From Elusimicrobiota bacterium (GTDB lineage Bacteria > Elusimicrobiota > Elusimicrobia > F11), in contig JBJXGI010000084.1 in the NCBI GenBank assembly GCA_046153645.1, positions 1-12,087 of the forward strand: 12,087 nucleotides of DNA, written 5' to 3'. Below the pieces are notes generated by a model that saw only the letters and a program-made list of their open reading frames with translations, was not told the DNA's origin and did no database searches. The position numbers were made by a program, and so were the translations under genes. Positions 6,999 to 12,087 of the stretch are shown here, piece after piece. Each line of letters opens with the position of its first letter. Within the stretch, counting starts at the first letter, position 1.

Positions 6999-8012
6999 TT
7001 AGAAATTCTCTAAAACAATTTTTCCGGTGGATTGGCCGGATTCTAAAATGGCATGTGCGCGTTTTAAATTTTCAGCATTTATTTTCCCGAGATTTTGTTT
7101 TAAGGTTGTCTTTATTTTTCCTTGATCAACCAGATCAGAAATCTGATTTAATAAATGATGTTGTGATATCAAGTCGCTCGTATTAAACAAAGACTTGGTA
7201 AACATAAACTCCCAATGAAGAGAAATACTTTTTTGTTTTAATTTATTTATCTCAAGCTGTTCTGGATCATCAATCAAACACAACTTTCCTTGAGGAGCAA
7301 TAAGCTCAGAAATCGCATTAAAATGAGAATGGGTTTCAGTTAAACTGGCCACATAATGAACCGGCGGCGCATTTAAATTTTTTATGTTTTGGGCCAAAAA
7401 ACCGCGATAATCTACAACTTGATGAGCCCCCAATTCTTCAACCCATTTTTTGGTTTCAGGGCGAGAGGCGGTAGCAATAATATGAAGCCCTGTTAACTGG
7501 CGCGCCAATTGAATGAGGATCGATCCAACACCCCCTCCAGCTCCAATAATAAGAATCGATTTATCAACCTGTTGTTTTTCCAGCTGAAGTTGAAACCGAT
7601 CAAACAATATTTCCCAAGCAGTAATAGAAGTTAAAGGAAGTGCTGCAGCCTGAGCAAAAGAGAGAGATTTTGGTTTTTTACCCACAATCCTTTCATCTAC
7701 CAAATGTAATTGCGCATTTGTCCCAGAACGACCAAGGGCTCCCGCATACCAAACTTCGTCCCCTGGCTTAAACAATGTGCAGTCAGGCCCTGTACTTTTA
7801 ACAACCCCTGCTGCGTCCCAACCCAAAACCTTCATCTCATCTATTTTAGGAATATATCGCTGACGGACTTTGGTATCAACGGGATTTACTGAAACAGCCT
7901 TTATTTCGACCAACAAATCGCTTTCTAATGGCGTTGGGACCGGCAATTGAAAATCTAACAATGATTCAGTTTCACTGATGGGAAGAGATTTTTTATAGCC
8001 AATTACTTTCAT
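6999..8012 (-). CDS. zinc-type alcohol dehydrogenase-like / quinone oxidoreductase-type MDR protein
   Basis: SVNPVDTK, LGWDAAGVV, AAALPLTSITAWE, GAGGGVGS and SLHWEFMFT motifs, ending GKIVLENF. It lacks the catalytic-Zn Cys/His pattern of classical ADHs. Confidence 0.9.
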   Translation of the reverse strand: MKVIGYKKSLPISETESLLDFQLPVPTPLESDLLVEIKAVSVNPVDTKVRQRYIPKIDEMKVLGWDAAGVVKSTGPDCTLFKPGDEVWYAGALGRSGTNAQLHLVDERIVGKKPKSLSFAQAAALPLTSITAWEILFDRFQLQLEKQQVDKSILIIGAGGGVGSILIQLARQLTGLHIIATASRPETKKWVEELGAHQVVDYRGFLAQNIKNLNAPPVHYVASLTETHSHFNAISELIAPQGKLCLIDDPEQLEINKLKQKSISLHWEFMFTKSLFNTSDLISQHHLLNQISDLVDQGKIKTTLKQNLGKINAENLKRAHAILESGQSTGKIVLENF

Positions 8013-8074
8013 AAGATAAAAATATTATACGAAATCTTTCTTCTTTACCTTTCCGTCGGTAAATACTAAAAATA

Positions 8075-9085
8075 ATGAACTCAAATCATTATTTCCCTCT
8101 ACCGAATCTAAGGGGCAAAGGCAAAAATATTTTTTTAAACCGCAAACCCGACAAAAACGAAAATGGCTTAATATTTTTGTTGTTGGTTTTGATCATATTC
8201 TTAACTCAAAATGTTTCAGCAGGCTCTGGAACAGACAGCGCGGCTTTTCTCGATATTCCTGTGGGCGCAGCCCCTGCTGCGTTAGGAAACGCTTATACAG
8301 CATTAGCCAATGATGCCTATGCGGCCACATATAATCCCGGTGGTTTGGCTTTTATTTCTGAAACTCAATTTTCAGCTATGCACCTTTCTTTTTTAGATTC
8401 AATTAAATATGAATATGCGAGTTTTGCCATCCCGATTAAATCTCAAAGTAATAATTTTGGTGGACTCGGTGGAGCAATTTACTACTTAACCCCCGGAAAT
8501 ATCCCTCGAACAGACCAATTTGGCTCATCAACAGGAGATTTTTCAAGCCGATTCTCTGCCTATAGCTTATCTTATGGTTTCGCATTCAACGAAAATGGAG
8601 GGATAGGTCTCACCGGAAAAACACTTAATGCGAAAATTGATGACGAAACTGCTCAAACATTTGTGGGCGATATCGGAACTTTTTTTCGGATTTTATCAAC
8701 ATGGAATATCGGCGCTAGTTTTAACAATTGGGGATCGAAGCTAAAATTTATTGAAGAAAAGGAATCTTTACCTCAAGAATTGAGATTGGGAACAGCGGTG
8801 AGACCTGCTTCGTTTTTACTTATGAGTTTAGAAACTGCATTTCCTAAAAATGAACAAGCCCAATTTCGTGGCGGGCTACAATTTCGAATAAATAAAGTTT
8901 TTGACATACAAACCGGATATCGCTCCGACGTTAATAAAGGAACCACGGGTCTTACAGGGCTTAGTTTTGGAGCAGGTTTCCACATTTTCAATCAACAAAT
9001 AAATTATGCCTGGGTCCCTTATGGAAATTTAGGCAATACACATTATTTTTCAATTCTTGTGCGATTAAGAAAAATGAGGCCTTAG
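8075..9085 (+). CDS. PorV/PorQ-family (FadL-like) outer-membrane beta-barrel protein
   Basis: Hydrophobic signal segment ending VSA, N-terminal plug motif AAFLDIPVGAAPAALGNAYTALANDAYAATYNPGGL, amphipathic strands, and a YAWVPYGNLGNTHYFS terminus. The exact start is uncertain. Confidence 0.8.
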   Translation: MNSNHYFPLPNLRGKGKNIFLNRKPDKNENGLIFLLLVLIIFLTQNVSAGSGTDSAAFLDIPVGAAPAALGNAYTALANDAYAATYNPGGLAFISETQFSAMHLSFLDSIKYEYASFAIPIKSQSNNFGGLGGAIYYLTPGNIPRTDQFGSSTGDFSSRFSAYSLSYGFAFNENGGIGLTGKTLNAKIDDETAQTFVGDIGTFFRILSTWNIGASFNNWGSKLKFIEEKESLPQELRLGTAVRPASFLLMSLETAFPKNEQAQFRGGLQFRINKVFDIQTGYRSDVNKGTTGLTGLSFGAGFHIFNQQINYAWVPYGNLGNTHYFSILVRLRKMRP

Positions 9086-9089
9086 GAAA

Positions 9090-12087
9090 ATGAAGAAGAT
9101 TTTTTTATTCGGCTTTGTTGCCGGAATCTTTTTTAATTCTCACGCCTATAAGCTGGAGGCCAGCTGCGGTTCTCCCATCAATGAAATTGAAGCAGAAAAT
9201 TGCCTGCCGGGAACACCTCCAAACCAATGGGATCTTCCTAGTCAAAATGCAGGAGATCTGACCATCCAAGGATTTACTACAGACATCAGCGCCAATAAAG
9301 GTGAAACAATTCGATTTAAAGTTAACACTCCCGCCTCAGCCTATTCCATTGATATCTATCGTATGGGTTATTATGCTGGAAATGGCGCTCGCAAAATAGC
9401 AACCATCTCTCCATCAGTACCGCTTCCACAATCACAACCGAGTTGCCTCACCGCTCCAGGACAATTGATTGATTGTGGGAATTGGAGTGAATCTGCCTCA
9501 TGGGTTGTCCCCAGTACAGCCACATCGGGTGTTTATTTCGCGCGGCTTAAACGCACAGATACCGGTGGAGCTAGCCATATTGTTTTTGTGGTCCGAGATG
9601 ATGCCAGTACTTCAGATATTATTTTTCAAACTGCTGATACAACTTGGCAGGCTTACAACTCTTATGGTGGCAATAGTCTTTATGTGAGTACAGGTCCTTT
9701 AAATCGAGGTTTTAAAGTCAGCTATAACCGACCCAACATTTCGAGAGCCAATACTTCAAATCATGTTTTTTCACATGAATATCCTTTGATCCGGTGGTTA
9801 GAAGCCAATGCCTATAGCGTCAGCTATTTTTCCGGAATTGATACTGATCGTCGAGGAACCTTGGTTTTGAATCATAAATTATTTCTTTCAGTGGGGCACG
9901 ACGAGTATTGGTCAAAAGCACAAAGAACCCACATTGAAAATGCTCAGAGCGCTGGAATTCACACTGCATTCTTCAGTGGAAATGAAATGTATTGGAAAAC
10001 ACGCTATGAAAATAGCATCGATGGCAGTAATACAGCTTATCGCACATTGGTCTGTTATAAAGAAAGTTACGAAAGCGCCCCCATCGACCCATTGCACCCA
10101 ACCTGGACCGGAACGTGGAGAGACCCTCTCTTCAGCCCTCCTGGTGATGGAGGCAAACCTGAAAACGCCGTTATCGGACAAATGTTTACTGTAAATGCTT
10201 TTCGTCAAGATGCCTTGGTGGTATCAGCAGCAGACGGAAAAATGAGATTTTGGAGAAACTCATCTGTCTCATCACTCACGCCGGGAACCACTGTTTCTTT
10301 TCCAGAAATTATTGGTTACGAATGGGGAGAAGATATTGACAATACCTCTCGACCCGGTGGAATTATTTATCTTTCTTCTTCTACTTATTTTGTTCCCTTA
10401 CACATGAATAGCGAACGAGGCACCGGCTACGCCCCAGGTTTTGCCACGCATCATCTTACGCTTTTCAAAAAAGAAAGCGGAGCCATCGTTTTTGGAGCCG
10501 GTTCAATGCAATGGCAATGGGGATTAGACAGTACTCATGATGAAGGATCAGGATTACCTGCCGTTCCAGCCATCAAGCAAGCAACCGTTAATTTATTTGC
10601 CGACATGGGAATTCAACCGGCCAATCTTCAAAGCGGCTTAATCGCGGCATCACCATCCACCGATATAACAGCCCCCACTTCGACCATTACATTCCCTTTA
10701 AATGGGGCAGTGGTAAACAATGGAACTCCTCTTATAATATCCGGAACTGCTTCAGATATAGGAGGACGAGTTGGGGCAATAGAAATTTCATTTAACAATG
10801 GCCTTCGCTGGCACCCCACTCAAGGGCGTGAACAGTGGACTTATAATTGGACTCCGAACATTGCCGGAACCGTCACCATAAAATGTCGCGCTATTGATGA
10901 TAGTCTCAATATAGAAATTCCCCTCAATGGAATTTCTGTTACCGATGGGAATATTAACCCAACTCCCATCATCAATATACTTTCACCTGGATCAATCTCG
11001 GTGGGAAGCAGCTCATTTACAATGACTGTTATTGGATCTAGTTTTGTTACGACTTCTAAAATTCAATGGAATGGCGCTGAGCGAACCACAACATTTATCT
11101 CAACCAGCACACTGACCGCCGTTATTCTCGCTACAGATGTTTCAAGTATAAACACTGCAAATATAACCGTTTTTAACCCTACGCCTGGCGGTGGAATATC
11201 GAATACTAAACCTTTTAGTGTTACGCCACCATCATATTCGCTGTTCCCCAACACGTCTCCTCCAAGCGTGAATTCTTCACAGGATCCAAATATAGAAGTG
11301 GGCATAAAATTTAGAGCCGATGTTGCAGGGTTTATAACAGGACTGCGCTTTTATAAAAATACTTTTAATACCGGCACCCACACCGGACATTTATGGAGTT
11401 CAACGGGGACATTACTTGGCACTCTTACTTTTTCCAATGAGACTGCCTCTGGCTGGCAACAAACAAACTTTGCTACTCCCATTTCAATTAACGCCAACAC
11501 CACCTATGTTGCTTCTTACTTCACAACCAAGGGATATGCCGTTACCCAACAATACTTTGCTAGTGCCGGTGTTGATAATGGCCCCATCCATGGCCTTAGA
11601 AACGGAATTGATGGCGGAAATGGCGTATTCAAATATGGAACGTCAAGTTTATTTCCAAATAATAGTTACAGGTCCAGCAATTATTGGGTAGACATCATTT
11701 TCACAACTCCCACTGCTTCGAGTAACCCTGTTCCGATATTAACAGGTATTTCCCCCAGCTCAACCACAGCCGGCGGGAGCGCGTTTACTTTAACGGCAAC
11801 GGGAAATGGCTTTGTTTCGGGATCCACTATTCGCTGGAATGGATTAAGCAGAACAACCAATTTTATCAGTTCCACTTCATTGACAGCACTGATTCCCACG
11901 TCCGATATCATCTCAAGCGGGACCGTCAATGTTTCGGTTTTTACTTCGACTCCTGGTGGTGGCACTTCCGCCTCTCAAATCTTCACAATTAACCCAGCCA
12001 GTAATCCGGCGCCAATCCTGTTGAGTGTTTCCCCCAGTTCAACCACAGCCGGCGGGAATGCATTTACTTTAACAGCAACAGGCAATG
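9090..12087 (+). CDS. large secreted multidomain protein (>999 aa, 3' end outside the window): N,N-dimethylformamidase beta-subunit-like domain, Ig-like domain, IPT/TIG-like repeats and DUF4082
   Basis: Manual translation is open from ATG 9090 to the window end. It has a signal peptide MKKIFLFGFVAGIFFNSHAYKLEA, then IQGFTTDIS, IDIYRMGYY, TTWQAYNSYGGNSLY, SVGHDEYW, GNEMYWKTR, IGYEW and VFGAGSMQW. These are followed by an Ig-like domain at about 10662-10945, an IPT-like unit at about 10956-11225, DUF4082 at about 11235-11702 (EVGIKFRAD...GLRFYK...SNYWVD), and further IPT-like units from 11721 and 12000. Confidence 0.9.
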   Translation, partial: MKKIFLFGFVAGIFFNSHAYKLEASCGSPINEIEAENCLPGTPPNQWDLPSQNAGDLTIQGFTTDISANKGETIRFKVNTPASAYSIDIYRMGYYAGNGARKIATISPSVPLPQSQPSCLTAPGQLIDCGNWSESASWVVPSTATSGVYFARLKRTDTGGASHIVFVVRDDASTSDIIFQTADTTWQAYNSYGGNSLYVSTGPLNRGFKVSYNRPNISRANTSNHVFSHEYPLIRWLEANAYSVSYFSGIDTDRRGTLVLNHKLFLSVGHDEYWSKAQRTHIENAQSAGIHTAFFSGNEMYWKTRYENSIDGSNTAYRTLVCYKESYESAPIDPLHPTWTGTWRDPLFSPPGDGGKPENAVIGQMFTVNAFRQDALVVSAADGKMRFWRNSSVSSLTPGTTVSFPEIIGYEWGEDIDNTSRPGGIIYLSSSTYFVPLHMNSERGTGYAPGFATHHLTLFKKESGAIVFGAGSMQWQWGLDSTHDEGSGLPAVPAIKQATVNLFADMGIQPANLQSGLIAASPSTDITAPTSTITFPLNGAVVNNGTPLIISGTASDIGGRVGAIEISFNNGLRWHPTQGREQWTYNWTPNIAGTVTIKCRAIDDSLNIEIPLNGISVTDGNINPTPIINILSPGSISVGSSSFTMTVIGSSFVTTSKIQWNGAERTTTFISTSTLTAVILATDVSSINTANITVFNPTPGGGISNTKPFSVTPPSYSLFPNTSPPSVNSSQDPNIEVGIKFRADVAGFITGLRFYKNTFNTGTHTGHLWSSTGTLLGTLTFSNETASGWQQTNFATPISINANTTYVASYFTTKGYAVTQQYFASAGVDNGPIHGLRNGIDGGNGVFKYGTSSLFPNNSYRSSNYWVDIIFTTPTASSNPVPILTGISPSSTTAGGSAFTLTATGNGFVSGSTIRWNGLSRTTNFISSTSLTALIPTSDIISSGTVNVSVFTSTPGGGTSASQIFTINPASNPAPILLSVSPSSTTAGGNAFTLTATGN
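11721..12087 (+). repeat. tandem intragenic repeat with 279-bp (93-aa) period, encoding IPT/TIG-like modules
   Basis: 11751-11808 versus 12030-12087 is 51/58 nt identical by hand count (SPSSTTAGG[SN]AFTLTATGN). Confidence 0.85.

Noticed and set aside
8092..8122. CCCTCTACCG...AAGGGG (FPLPNLRGKG) in the long N-terminal leader of the barrel, as a third palindromic element
   Set aside because: Only about 10 nt resemble the element and the stem is poor. It is worth rechecking only if a genome-wide consensus is built.
8101..8175. Possible frameshift in the barrel signal peptide (an alternative frame reads RQKRKW before the hydrophobic core)
   Set aside because: I found no nearby start codon in that frame, and the annotated frame is open.
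6206..8991. ORFs 6206-6433, 6932-7186, 7710-7892 and 8773-8991
   Set aside because: They lie antisense to folP, the MDR gene or the barrel gene and have no recognisable features.
9090..9167. Lipoprotein signal (LEASC) in the large secreted protein
   Set aside because: It does not fit the lipobox, since charged residues precede the Cys. Signal peptidase I cleavage after LEA, with the Cys in a disulfide, is more plausible.
9469..11965. Six small ORFs in the track within the right-hand 3 kb, plus 11681-11965
   Set aside because: All are alternative-frame or antisense shadows of the single open frame starting at 9090.
9090..12087. Apparently higher GC as evidence of a genomic island
   Set aside because: It was not quantified, is explainable by the Gly/Pro/Ala/Thr-rich composition, and no integrase, tRNA or att-like repeat is visible.

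Overview
AT-rich bacterial chromosomal window with no rRNA, tRNA, CRISPR array or IS element. The left half is a tightly packed minus-strand housekeeping run: Nudix hydrolase, gatB, acpS, nnrD, a small membrane protein, thiL, tsaE and tsaB (tsaB runs off the left edge and is absent from the ORF track). Next come a divergent, atypical folP, a stand-alone PilZ protein and an MDR-family oxidoreductase. The right end is a plus-strand pair: a PorV/PorQ-type outer-membrane barrel followed 4 bp later by a >999-aa secreted multidomain protein that is also absent from the ORF track (DMFase-beta-like catalytic domain, Ig-like domain, IPT/TIG-like repeats, DUF4082). Most notable: (i) this barrel plus putative surface metallo-amidohydrolase pair; (ii) short palindromic elements apparently inserted in frame in thiL and probably tsaB; (iii) a FolP with non-canonical pABA-binding loops; (iv) several apparently leaderless genes. 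All family assignments come from motif recognition, not database searches.
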